Below, one piece after another: positions 1 to 8,990 of a stretch of DNA of 64,000 nt (positions are counted from its first letter, which is position 1; the number at the start of each line of letters is the position of its first letter). The notes below the pieces were generated by a model, which made no database searches, was not told the origin of the DNA, and saw nothing but the letters and a program-made list of their open reading frames with translations. Made by a program: the position numbers and the translations under genes. Source of the DNA: Candidatus Hadarchaeales archaeon (GTDB taxonomy: Archaea > Hadarchaeota > Hadarchaeia > Hadarchaeales > WYZ-LMO6); NCBI GenBank assembly GCA_038851755.1, contig JAWCKR010000002.1, forward strand, positions 32,001 through 96,000, in the 5' to 3' direction.

Positions 1-1
1 C

Positions 2-463
2 GCGGGGAGGATCATTCTGGAGAATCTCACGGGTGTGGTGACGGAGCCCCTTCCCGAGGAGGTGAAGACGCAGAGGGCTTATGAGGTCCTCAGGGCCGTT
101 AACTTCACCGATCCGGAGATAGATTATCTCCTCTACAAGCTTCCCGACCAGCTGAGCGAGGGTGAGAGGCACAGGGTCTGCATAGCCAGATCCCTCATGA
201 AAAAGCCAAAGCTCGTGCTACTGGACGAGCCCACGGGCACGGCGGATCCCATCACGAGGGTGGAGATAGCCAAGAGCATAAGGAGTGCCAGGGACACTCT
301 CGGTCAAACCTATCTGATTATAAGCCATGACATAGACTTTATGAAGCTGGCCTGCGATAGGGCGGTGTACATGAGGCACGGAAAGATACAGGCGATGGGG
401 GACCCCGACGAAATGATTGACCTGATGGTCAAGACAGAGAGAGCGGCCATGGAGAGTGGTTAG
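2..463 (+). CDS. atwA: Methyl-coenzyme M reductase system component A2 (ABC ATPase), C-terminal part, truncated by window start
   Basis: Frame open from the window edge. LENLT..PDQLSEGERHRV..LLDEPTGTADPITRVEI..IISHDIDF..CDRAVYMRHGKI matches the AtwA C-terminal ABC domain signature (LSEGERHRV, DEPTGTxDPIT). Confidence 0.85.
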   Translation, partial: AGRIILENLTGVVTEPLPEEVKTQRAYEVLRAVNFTDPEIDYLLYKLPDQLSEGERHRVCIARSLMKKPKLVLLDEPTGTADPITRVEIAKSIRSARDTLGQTYLIISHDIDFMKLACDRAVYMRHGKIQAMGDPDEMIDLMVKTERAAMESG

Positions 464-464
464 G

Positions 465-1307
465 ATGGCTTACGATGAGGCCCTGACGGAGGAGGTAAAG
501 CGGCTGGCGCTCAGCCTGGGAGTGGACAAAGTGGGGATTGGAGAGGCAGAAAGAGCGGACAAGACCCCCATGTTCTTTGCTTCTCCCTTCTCCTTCATGA
601 AGGACGCGAAGACGGTGGTTTCCCTTTGCATGAAGTACCCGGAGGGTGCGCTGGAGTTCTCAAAGGACGACTTCTTCGTTATCCTGTCCTCCTACGCTTC
701 TGTCAGGGAGGCCATGCTGAAGAAGCTCGACGAGATAGCCCTGGCCATCTCCAGGGAGCTCGAGAAGAAGGGATACAAGGCCACCCCGCTGGAGGCTAAC
801 CTGCCGGTGGATGAGAGGCGCTGGGTGAGCTGTTTGCTTTCACACAGGTACCTCGCCCAGATTTCCGGTCTTGGTGACATAGGTGCCAACAACATGCTCA
901 TCACGCCGGAGTGGGGGCCGAGGGTGGAGCTGGCGAGCGTCATCACCAACGCCCCCCTGAAGCCGGACGGTCCGAAGCTGGCAGGCAAGATCTACGAAGA
1001 AACATGCAAAGCCTGTTTCAAGTGCGTGGAGGCGTGTCCCACGCAGGCCATCACCAGAGAGAAGATGCCACCTTACAACTTCGAACTCAACAGGTGCCTG
1101 TGGGCCACCCAGGGATGGATGATGCTCTCCAAGATAGAGATCCCGCCTGAGGAGTGGATAACAGCCAGACCCACTTCCATGGTAATGGTTCCCAAATACA
1201 CCGCCAAGTACCCCTTCATCAAGGTCTACCAGGAGTGGCAAAAGAGAAAAATGGACTTCCCCTGCTGCATTGAGTGCACGCTGGCATGTCCGGTGGGAAA
1301 AAAGTGA
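465..1307 (+). CDS. QueG/reductive-dehalogenase-like Fe-S protein, putatively cobalamin-binding
   Basis: SHRYLA..GLG.IG.NNMLITPEWGPRVELASVIT, CKACFKCVEACP and C-terminal CCIECTLACP. ATG lies 1 nt after the atwA stop. Confidence 0.75.
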   Translation: MAYDEALTEEVKRLALSLGVDKVGIGEAERADKTPMFFASPFSFMKDAKTVVSLCMKYPEGALEFSKDDFFVILSSYASVREAMLKKLDEIALAISRELEKKGYKATPLEANLPVDERRWVSCLLSHRYLAQISGLGDIGANNMLITPEWGPRVELASVITNAPLKPDGPKLAGKIYEETCKACFKCVEACPTQAITREKMPPYNFELNRCLWATQGWMMLSKIEIPPEEWITARPTSMVMVPKYTAKYPFIKVYQEWQKRKMDFPCCIECTLACPVGKK

Positions 1308-1316
1308 GGTGAGACT

Positions 1317-1553
1317 CTGCTGGAATGCACCTCTTGTGGCTGGAAGGGACGGGAAGAGGAGACAGTCAAGGTCTACGTGTGCCCGGATTGCGGCACAGGG
1401 CATCTGAAGCTTTTCCGCCTCCTCAAGAGGAGGGATGGAAAGCTCCAGTGCCCAAAGTGTACTTGGATAGGTTCACCAGAGGAGGCGCTTAAGGAGCCCG
1501 AGTGCCCCAAGTGCGGCAACCCTTACCTGAAGGAAGTGGCTGCGACCGCCTGA
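1317..1553 (+). CDS. 78-aa protein with four CxxC motifs (double zinc-ribbon/rubredoxin-like), probable CTG start; absent from the ORF track
   Basis: Manual translation (M)LECTSCGWKG..VYVCPDCGTG..LQCPKCTWIG..PECPKCGNPYLKEVAATA*. SD GAGGTGA at 1306-1312. Confidence 0.75.
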   Translation: MLECTSCGWKGREEETVKVYVCPDCGTGHLKLFRLLKRRDGKLQCPKCTWIGSPEEALKEPECPKCGNPYLKEVAATA

Positions 1554-1605
1554 AGGGCTTGCTCTTTTACCAAATCGTTTCAGAGCAGTGAAGTTCCGGG
1601 AGCCC

Positions 1606-2832
1606 TCACATCGCCCTTGCTACGAGTTCTGTGAGGTCGTAGATCTGCAGGGGCAACTTGGAGGCATCCACGGCGTCACTCAGGTTCCTCCGGCAGAAGG
1701 GACAGGTGGAGACGATGGCTTGGGCGCCGGTTTCCTGAGCTTCTTTCAACCTCTCCGTGGCAGTCCAGATGGCCCAATCGGGGTAGGCTGACTTGGCCCC
1801 ACCCCCAGCGCCACAGCACCATGAAAGCTCCCGGTTGCGGGGCATTTCGGTGAGTTTCACGCCTGGCAGAGCCTTCAGGACATTCCTGGGAGGTTCGAAG
1901 ACCTTCTCTTTCTCCAGCTCTGGGAGGTAGATGGAAACATGCCTGCCAGAGTGGCAAGGGTCGTGATAAGTCACGTGAAGGTTCAGGGGCTTGGAGAAGC
2001 TGATTTTTCCCTCCCTCAGGAGGGAATCGAGGAGGTCTGCTGTGGTCATGATTTCGAACTCGGGCTTTATCCCGAACATTTTGGGATAATCCAGCTTGAG
2101 GGTTTTGTAGCACCCCGCGCAGGAGGTTATGACCCTCTTCGCACCGGCGTCTTTTATGACGTCCACGTTGTGCTTTGCCACCTCTTCTGCCAACTTCCTC
2201 TGTCCGGTGCGGAGGAGGGGAGAACCACAGCACCACTCGTCCTCCCCCAGCAGACCGAATTCTATCCCCAGCTTCTTGAAAATCTGCACGGTGGATTGAG
2301 CGATCATCTGTTGTCGGTAGGAAGCGGTACACCCCACGAAGTAGATGGTTTCCGCTTTCTTAGGATACTTGCTCCCGTTGGCCCAGGCTGCCCTGTTTTG
2401 GGAGGGCTCGTAGTAGGGGTTGTGGTTGTTCTTTATGCTCTCGCCGTATTTGGCCTGCACGGGCATGGGTCCCCACCCTATCTCCGCCAGGTAGGCGCGG
2501 AGATCCTCCATGATTTTCACGGTGTCTTCGGCCTTGTATCCCAGCCCGGAGTGGTCCTTGCAGTTCACCGAGCAGGAACCGCAGAGCGTGCATCCGTAGA
2601 CGACGTTGAGGAGTCCCTCGGTGGGCCTGGTGATGATGTCTTCGTTTAGCCCCCTCACTAGCTCCATCTTTCCGTAGGAGTAGAAGGCTTCATGCCCGAA
2701 GTAGGTGCCGCTGGGGCAGTTGTTCATCACCCTGCCGAGCTTGTGGTAGTCGCCCACGCTGCATGCTCTGCAGTGGGCGCAGAGATAGCTTAACTTATGC
2801 CACTTCGTTATTGTTTCAGTTTTCGGAGGCAC
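1606..2832 (-). CDS. (Fe-S)-binding oxidoreductase, HdrD/GlcF-like (ferredoxin motifs plus two CCG domains)
   Basis: CAHCRAC, CTLCGSCSVNC, FVGC, WCCGSP, SCAGC, YHDPCH, WCCGAGGG, TCPFC. Confidence 0.85.
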   Translation of the reverse strand: MPPKTETITKWHKLSYLCAHCRACSVGDYHKLGRVMNNCPSGTYFGHEAFYSYGKMELVRGLNEDIITRPTEGLLNVVYGCTLCGSCSVNCKDHSGLGYKAEDTVKIMEDLRAYLAEIGWGPMPVQAKYGESIKNNHNPYYEPSQNRAAWANGSKYPKKAETIYFVGCTASYRQQMIAQSTVQIFKKLGIEFGLLGEDEWCCGSPLLRTGQRKLAEEVAKHNVDVIKDAGAKRVITSCAGCYKTLKLDYPKMFGIKPEFEIMTTADLLDSLLREGKISFSKPLNLHVTYHDPCHSGRHVSIYLPELEKEKVFEPPRNVLKALPGVKLTEMPRNRELSWCCGAGGGAKSAYPDWAIWTATERLKEAQETGAQAIVSTCPFCRRNLSDAVDASKLPLQIYDLTELVARAM

Positions 2833-2852
2833 AAGAATATGGGGTCAGTGCT

Positions 2853-2954
2853 CTTTATAAGTATTTCGCTTTATGTGTTTGACGATAGGCACAAAGAGGA
2901 AGAAAAAAGCTCTCTCACAGGACAGAGAGGAAGAACATCCGATAAATTTATAAA
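2853..2954. promoter_or_regulatory. Divergent archaeal promoters (TATA boxes), probably leaderless transcripts
   Basis: TTATAAAG on the minus strand at 2853-2860 upstream of the 2832 start; TTTATAAA at 2947-2954 about 21 nt upstream of ATG 2976. Confidence 0.55.
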
Positions 2955-2975
2955 CATCCGCGGTGAAGAAGAGGT

Positions 2976-3662
2976 ATGCCCTCGGAGCAAGAGCTGCTTC
3001 AGGAAATAGAGCGCAGGGCTATAGACAACAAGGAAAACGCTCTCCAGGTTCGTGCCGGGAAACTTTCCGGCGATACCGTGATCTACATCGCCTTCTCCCC
3101 CTACCTCCCCTGCCTCATAAGAACGGGCGCCGCAGAGGCCAGAACCCTCTTTGGGATGAAGGCCGAGATGGCGTGCCATGTTTTGAACGAAGCCAACGAG
3201 ATTATTTTCTCGTACCTGATAAGGTTCGATGAGGGGTATGTCACTGATTATCAGAGGTTGGATCTCAACCTCACCCATCCCACCACCGGTACTCCACTGC
3301 GCGACGCCATCAAGGGGAAGAGTGTTTACTGGAAGAACCCCACCGGACCGGCCTTCGCGGGGGAAATAGTGGACTCTATCCGGAAGGACAAAAGTTATAA
3401 ACTGTTTAGCGGAGTAGGCTACCTGAAGGACTTCGAGGAGGGTATGGCCATACCGGATGAAAACCTGGACGCGAAGTGCACCCTGAACTACGATCTTTTG
3501 GAGATAAGGAAGAGAGCGGCCATCCATCCCATGCCTGCCACCATGAGGGGCTTTCTCCTGATGGGGAGAGCAGACTTCACCGATTGGCTGAAGGAGATCC
3601 TGGGAGGAGAGGATCTTCTCCCGGTGGTCCACACCGTGAGGGAGAGGTTGGGGAGGAGATAG
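2976..3662 (+). CDS. Hypothetical protein, 228 aa, first gene of the FAD-oxidoreductase/CoA-transferase operon
   Basis: Coding-like composition, TATA box upstream, stop 1 nt before the next ATG; no motif recognised. Confidence 0.7.
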   Translation: MPSEQELLQEIERRAIDNKENALQVRAGKLSGDTVIYIAFSPYLPCLIRTGAAEARTLFGMKAEMACHVLNEANEIIFSYLIRFDEGYVTDYQRLDLNLTHPTTGTPLRDAIKGKSVYWKNPTGPAFAGEIVDSIRKDKSYKLFSGVGYLKDFEEGMAIPDENLDAKCTLNYDLLEIRKRAAIHPMPATMRGFLLMGRADFTDWLKEILGGEDLLPVVHTVRERLGRR

Positions 3663-3663
3663 C

Positions 3664-5139
3664 ATGGAAGCCGAAGTTCAAAAGGACAGGATTCTGGGGC
3701 TCCTGCAAGACATCGTGGGACCGGAGCACGCCTCTGCGGACCCTGCCCTGCTCATCCCCTACTCCAGAGACCAGCACTGGCCCATAGCAGGCACTCACAT
3801 GCCCGACTACGTGGTCAGGCCCAAGACGGTGGAAGAGGTCCAAAAGATCCTGAGGGTGGCCAACAGGTACAGGATTCCCGTCATACCGGTCAGCAGTAAC
3901 ACCAACATCAGGGGGCTCACCATCCCCCACCATGGTGGAATAATAATGGACCTGAAGAGGATGGACCACCTCGAGATAGATGTGAAGAACAGGGCGGCCG
4001 TGATAGGTCCTGGCATCAGCTGCGCCAAGCTGGCGGACGAGGCTGAGAAGTACGGGCTCAGGCCCATCATCCCCGGTGCGCCCTCCACGGTTAACATGCT
4101 CTCCAATTGCCTCCTGAGAGGAGTTTCCAACATAGGCCCCAGATACGGTCACACCGGTGATCAGGTCCTGGGTATGGAGGTGGTCCTGCCCACGGGAGAG
4201 ATCCTGTACACCGGAGCGGCAGCCTTCCCCAATGTGGGACCTTACTTCAGGTACTTCGGTCCCGACTGGGCCGGTCTCTTCCAGGGTCAACCGGGGATTA
4301 TGGGAGTGGTGACCAAGATGGCGGTCAGGCTCTATCCCCTGCCCGAGCGCCAGGAGATGTTCATGTGCGGTTTCAACCAGAGGGAAGGCGAATCGGAGGA
4401 GGGCCCCCTGCGCAGGGCCATGGCCTTCATGCACGACCTCATGCTCCACGATCCACCCGTCATAACGTTCGGGGTGATTCTCCACTGGGTGGCGGCCGCC
4501 ATCACCATGGTGGAGAAGAGGGAGGACATAGACTCCTTCAAGGGGACCCTGGGAGACTGGGTGGTGCTGGGTTCCATCGAGGGCTCCAAGGACTTCGTGA
4601 AGTACGGCAGGTCGGTGGTGGAGAAGGAGATCAAGAAGCACTGGGACAACATAGACGAGGGGAGGGAAGTGGTGCTCATGTCGAAGATGCTCAAGGATGA
4701 GCTGAAGGCGGCGCGCAGGATCTTCAGGTGGTTCAGGCTCGGGAACTACTACGCCCTGGCCTGGTGGGGACCGCTGGACAGGTTCGACCAGTACTACTTC
4801 GAGGCGCTGAAGATCTGGAGGGAACTCGGGATCACGGAGGAGCTCTCCATCGTGGGTATTCCAGCCTACCCCTACGTGGGGCAGCTGACCTACTACGAGT
4901 TCGACAGCTTCTGGGACTCCACAGACGAGAGGAACACCGAGAAGATCAAGAAGTTCACGGAGCTCATGTACCAGAAGATGATCGACCTGGGGATCTACTG
5001 CTGGTTCAGACCCTATCCGGGGGTGTACGAGAGCACCATCCCCAGGCTGAAGGGATGCATGGGAGAGCTCTGGTACAAGGTCAAGAAGCTCCTGGACCCC
5101 AACAACATCATGAACCCTGGCAAGGTGTTCCCAGAGTAG
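3664..5139 (+). CDS. FAD-binding oxidoreductase (VAO/PCMH, GlcD-like)
   Basis: PDYVVRPKTVEEVQKILRVAN, GGIIMDLKRMD, VLGMEVVLPTGE, MGVVTK, C-terminal LDPNNIMNPGK. Confidence 0.85.
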   Translation: MEAEVQKDRILGLLQDIVGPEHASADPALLIPYSRDQHWPIAGTHMPDYVVRPKTVEEVQKILRVANRYRIPVIPVSSNTNIRGLTIPHHGGIIMDLKRMDHLEIDVKNRAAVIGPGISCAKLADEAEKYGLRPIIPGAPSTVNMLSNCLLRGVSNIGPRYGHTGDQVLGMEVVLPTGEILYTGAAAFPNVGPYFRYFGPDWAGLFQGQPGIMGVVTKMAVRLYPLPERQEMFMCGFNQREGESEEGPLRRAMAFMHDLMLHDPPVITFGVILHWVAAAITMVEKREDIDSFKGTLGDWVVLGSIEGSKDFVKYGRSVVEKEIKKHWDNIDEGREVVLMSKMLKDELKAARRIFRWFRLGNYYALAWWGPLDRFDQYYFEALKIWRELGITEELSIVGIPAYPYVGQLTYYEFDSFWDSTDERNTEKIKKFTELMYQKMIDLGIYCWFRPYPGVYESTIPRLKGCMGELWYKVKKLLDPNNIMNPGKVFPE

Positions 5140-5151
5140 GTCGGTGTTAGG

Positions 5152-6186
5152 GTGGCGGAGCCCGACAAACTGATGACGGCCAAAGAGGCCGTTAAAAAGT
5201 TTGTGAGGGACGGTTGCAGCATCACGCTGGCCAACTTCGCCACTTCCGAACCCTTCGCCCTTGTTCACGAGGTGATAAGGCAGGGGAAGAAGGACCTCTA
5301 TCTCATCAAGTCCTCTGGCTTCATGGCCTCGGATCAGCTCCTCGCCGCCGGGTGCCTGAAGAGGATTTTGACCTCCTGGCACCTTCGCATGTCCCCCACC
5401 TCCTACTACTCCCCCATCGACAAGTTGCTGAAGGAGAAGAAGGTGGAAATAGAGGACTACAGCAACTGGACGGTGGCCGCCAGGCTCCTGGCGGGGGCCT
5501 GGGGCCTTCCCTTCTTCCCCGTGAAGGGGAACTCCCTCCTCTGCAGCGACATCTCGAGGATCAGGAGCTTCGAGGGGGAGAACAAGATGAAGGTGGTGGA
5601 GAACCCCTTCAACCCGAAGGAGAAGGTGGTCCTGGTTCCCGCCATCAACCCGGACGTGGCCCTCATCCATGCCCAGCGCGCCGACAAGAACGGCAACGTG
5701 CAGCTCTGGGGACCCCTGGGGGACACGGTGTATGCCGCCCTGGCGAGCAAGGTGATCATCGCCAGCGTGGAGGAAATCGTGGAGGAGGAAAACATAAGGA
5801 GGTCCCCCTTCCTCACCATTATCCCGGAGTTCAGGGTCAACGCGCTGGTGCACGAGGAGTGGGGGGCACATCCCATGGAGTGCCTTGGATACTACGACAT
5901 GGATGAACCCTTCCTGCTCATCTGGTACGCCCTGCTCACCAGGAAGATGATGGAGAGCTTCATGGATGAGTGGATTTTCGGGGTGGAGAATCGCACCGAG
6001 TACATAGAGCACTACGTGGAGAGGTTCGGGATTGAGAAGCTCAACAGCCTGAGGGCCAAGAAGTACCTTTCCGACACCGTGAACCTCGGGTCCACCTTTG
6101 AGGGAGACATGAAGAGGTGGGGGATAGACTGGGACCTCTTCGAGCAGCCCATCTCGGAGATGGTGGAGTGGGAGGTGGAGGAGTGA
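5152..6186 (+). CDS. Family-I CoA-transferase subunit A (glutaconate CoA-transferase GctA-like)
   Basis: KLMTAKEAV, PFALVHEVIRQ, EDYSN..RLLAGAWGLPF, PDVALIHAQRADKNGN, WGAHP. Confidence 0.85.
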   Translation: MAEPDKLMTAKEAVKKFVRDGCSITLANFATSEPFALVHEVIRQGKKDLYLIKSSGFMASDQLLAAGCLKRILTSWHLRMSPTSYYSPIDKLLKEKKVEIEDYSNWTVAARLLAGAWGLPFFPVKGNSLLCSDISRIRSFEGENKMKVVENPFNPKEKVVLVPAINPDVALIHAQRADKNGNVQLWGPLGDTVYAALASKVIIASVEEIVEEENIRRSPFLTIIPEFRVNALVHEEWGAHPMECLGYYDMDEPFLLIWYALLTRKMMESFMDEWIFGVENRTEYIEHYVERFGIEKLNSLRAKKYLSDTVNLGSTFEGDMKRWGIDWDLFEQPISEMVEWEVEE

Positions 6187-7139
6187 AGGTCAGGATCACC
6201 CCCCTGGAGATGCTCGCCTACTCCCTCGGTCGGGAGCTCAGGGACGGGGAGATAGCCTTTGTGGGGCAGGGACACCCCATCGTGGCGGCTTGCCTGGCAA
6301 AGAAGTTCTTCGCTCCACGTCTGAAGATTCTGATGGAGGGAGGGATCTATGGCTCCGAACCCTACCGTCCCCCCTGGCACATAGCGGACCTGACGGCCAC
6401 CAGGGGGTGCCTGATGCTCACGGATTTCGCCGGGGTCTTCCTGGCGACTCTGTCGAGGGGCTTCGTGGACGTAGGGATCCTGGGCTGCTCCCAGGTGGAC
6501 AAGTACGGAAACATCAACACCACCGTGGTGGGGGACTATTTCAACCCCGTTCTGAGGCTCCCGGGAAGCGGTGGAGCGCACGAGGTCGGTAGCTTCTCCA
6601 AAAGGCTCATCATCACCATGGCGGGGGGAAGGTTCGTGGAGAAGCTGGACTACGTGACCACCCCGGGCTGGCTGGAGGGCGGGGATTCCAGGGAGAGGGC
6701 GGGCCTGCCAGGTGGCCCTGCGGCCCTGATAACCAAAAAGGCGATTTTCAGGTTCCATCCCGAGACGAAGGAGATGTACCTGGACGCGAGGTATCCCTGG
6801 GTCTCGGTGGAGGAGATAAAGAAGGAGATCCCCTGGGAGCTGAAGCTGGCCGAGGACGGCGTGAAGGTGGCCCCCCTTCCCAGTCCCGAGGAGCTCAGGT
6901 TCATAAGGGAGTTCTCCCCCCTCACCGCCCTCAGGAGGGACTACTACATCGTGGAGAAGATCACGGAGAAGCACTGGATGCTGGAGGCCTCGGACGAGCC
7001 CCTCCTCACCAGGATAGTGGAGATAAGGGACGAGGAGAGAGAGGCCATAAGAAGAAGGATCGCGATGAAGAGGGAGGCAAGGGGAAGCTTCTTCAAGAAG
7101 GAGATAGAGAAGTGGAAGGGCGGTTCAGCGCAGGGGTAG
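6183..7139 (+). CDS. Family-I CoA-transferase subunit B (GctB-like)
   Basis: GTG overlaps the upstream TGA. RELRDGE.AFVGQG, ILMEGG (catalytic Glu position), QVDKYGNINTT, RLPGSGGA, FVEKLDYVTTPG. Confidence 0.85.
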   Translation: MKVRITPLEMLAYSLGRELRDGEIAFVGQGHPIVAACLAKKFFAPRLKILMEGGIYGSEPYRPPWHIADLTATRGCLMLTDFAGVFLATLSRGFVDVGILGCSQVDKYGNINTTVVGDYFNPVLRLPGSGGAHEVGSFSKRLIITMAGGRFVEKLDYVTTPGWLEGGDSRERAGLPGGPAALITKKAIFRFHPETKEMYLDARYPWVSVEEIKKEIPWELKLAEDGVKVAPLPSPEELRFIREFSPLTALRRDYYIVEKITEKHWMLEASDEPLLTRIVEIRDEEREAIRRRIAMKREARGSFFKKEIEKWKGGSAQG

Positions 7140-8990
7140 GAACTCCTCCAGTCCCAGCTCCCTCATCTTTTCCTCCTTGGGTATCCCCTTCTCGTCCCAT
7201 CCCACCATCCGGTAGTAGGCGTCGAGCATCTCCTCGAAGGTCTTCCTGTCCAGCACTTGTCCCTGGGAGAAACCGTCTGGCAAGGGTTCGGTGAAGAACC
7301 TCTCCGGCAGGGTGTCGTCCTTCCTCGTTATTCCCTCCCTCACGTTGAAAAACCTCTGAAGGGTCCAGATCCTCTCCCCTATCTGGTCCACCTCCTTCTC
7401 CTCGATCTCCCATCCGGTGACGGCGGAGAGGGCGGAGGCCATGAGGGAGGGTGTGAAAACTATGCCGGCGAAGAACTTGCAGAGCACGGCGGACTCCACC
7501 ACGGTATACCTGCGTTCAAGGGCCACCTCGGCCTTCACCTTCTCCAAGTCCAGGACCTGTGGGTCGAGCGGGGAGTCTAGCGGGTACATCCAGGTCATCG
7601 TCCCTATATCCAGATAGAGCATGCCGGTGGTGATGTGGCACCCACCCCTGTTGCCCAGCGCGTAGGTGAGGGCCATTCCCTTCATCCCCCTGGGCTCATA
7701 GCCGGCGTACTCGAGTCCTTTGGTTTGCATGGAGTACTTTTCTGACCCCCTTCCGAGCTTCCTGGCGGCCAGCCTGGTGCCCTCTGCCAGCAAATCCCCT
7801 ATTCCCCTCCTTTCCCCTATCCTCTTCACCAGCTCCACCAGGGTCTCCTTGTTCCCCCAGCTGAGGTCAAGTCCGTCAGCTTCCTCCTTCCTGAGCACCC
7901 CCTTCTCATAGCACTCCATGGCGAAGGAAATCGCCCGCCCGCAGCTTATCCCGTCCATCCCGTATTCGTTGACGAGCTGGTGGCAGACCGACACGGTTTC
8001 CAGATCGGAGTTCCCGCACCCTGCTCCGAAGGTGTTGACGTGCTCGTATTCCGGGCCCCAGACCACCATCCCCCGGTATGGACCAGCTTTCACCACCGAG
8101 ACCCTGCCGCAGGCTATCGGGCACCCGAAGCAACCCGCTTTCTTCACCAGGAGGGTCTTGGAGAGGGTGGGACCGGAGAGCTTCTCCCATTCCTCGAACC
8201 AGCCACTCTGAAAGTTCCTGGTGGGAAAGGCGGCGATGCCGCTGGTGAAGGAGGTCATGGCATCCGTGCCGTAGAGGTAGAGGGAGCGTACGAAGGGTTC
8301 GGACTTCCATACCTCGTACATCCGCTTCACCGCTTCCGAAACCTTCTCTGGGTCCGCTACCCTCACCCCCCCGTGTCCCCTCACGGCTATCGCCTTCAGC
8401 TTCTTGGAGCCCATCACCGCTCCCGCTCCGCACCTCCCCGCTGCCCTTCCTTCGTCGTTGATGATGGAAGCGAACCTTACCAGCCTCTCCCCGGCCGGTC
8501 CTATGCAGGCCACCCTCACCTCCTCGTCGCCCACTTCCTTCCTTATCCTCTTCTGCGTCTCGCTGGTGGTGGCACCCCACAGGTGTTGTGCTTTCCTCAC
8601 CTCCACCGAATCGTCGTCTATCCAGAGGTAGACGGGTGAGGGTGAGGCCCCCTCCACGATCAGGGCATCGTATCCTGCGAACTTCAGCTCGGGTCCCCAG
8701 TGACCGGCCGAGCTTGACCAGCCCAGGATGGAGGTGAGAGGTGACTTGAAGGTCACGACGTACCTCCCAGTCGGTATCCTGGTACCGGTGAGGGGACCCG
8801 TGCAGAAGAAGAGCTTGTTTGACTCGCCCAGGGGGTCCGCTCCGGTGGGGACCTCTTTCGTGAGGAGGTAGCTCCCCAACCCCACCCCTCCCAGGAACCT
8901 CCTGGCTAGCTCGGGGGGGAGATTTTCCTTCACGATTTTTCCCGTGGAGAGGTTCACCCTCAGCATCTTCCCCGTGTATCCGCCCTTCAT
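7125..8990 (-). CDS. aor: Tungsten-type aldehyde:ferredoxin oxidoreductase family, catalytic subunit
   Basis: MKGGYTGKMLRVNLS, KSPLT, ELKFAGYD, CIGPAGE, AAGRCGAGAVMGSKKLKAI, CFGCPIAC, GPEYE, RGGCH. SD GGAGGTGA 4 nt before ATG 8990. Confidence 0.92.
   Translation of the reverse strand: MKGGYTGKMLRVNLSTGKIVKENLPPELARRFLGGVGLGSYLLTKEVPTGADPLGESNKLFFCTGPLTGTRIPTGRYVVTFKSPLTSILGWSSSAGHWGPELKFAGYDALIVEGASPSPVYLWIDDDSVEVRKAQHLWGATTSETQKRIRKEVGDEEVRVACIGPAGERLVRFASIINDEGRAAGRCGAGAVMGSKKLKAIAVRGHGGVRVADPEKVSEAVKRMYEVWKSEPFVRSLYLYGTDAMTSFTSGIAAFPTRNFQSGWFEEWEKLSGPTLSKTLLVKKAGCFGCPIACGRVSVVKAGPYRGMVVWGPEYEHVNTFGAGCGNSDLETVSVCHQLVNEYGMDGISCGRAISFAMECYEKGVLRKEEADGLDLSWGNKETLVELVKRIGERRGIGDLLAEGTRLAARKLGRGSEKYSMQTKGLEYAGYEPRGMKGMALTYALGNRGGCHITTGMLYLDIGTMTWMYPLDSPLDPQVLDLEKVKAEVALERRYTVVESAVLCKFFAGIVFTPSLMASALSAVTGWEIEEKEVDQIGERIWTLQRFFNVREGITRKDDTLPERFFTEPLPDGFSQGQVLDRKTFEEMLDAYYRMVGWDEKGIPKEEKMRELGLEEFLPLR

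Noticed and set aside
1305-1307. Selenocysteine or read-through TGA fusing the QueG-like protein to the CxxC microprotein
   Set aside because: The TGA is not at a Cys-motif position, a strong SD with a correctly spaced CTG follows, and hdrA in this window uses Cys (DCASC). Separate initiation is simpler.
3577-6012. Long antisense and alternate-frame ORFs (for example 3577-6012, 21302-22852, 54738-56687, 56603-58201, 62467-63738)
   Set aside because: Shadow frames of well-supported genes in high-GC DNA, with no motifs and biased composition.
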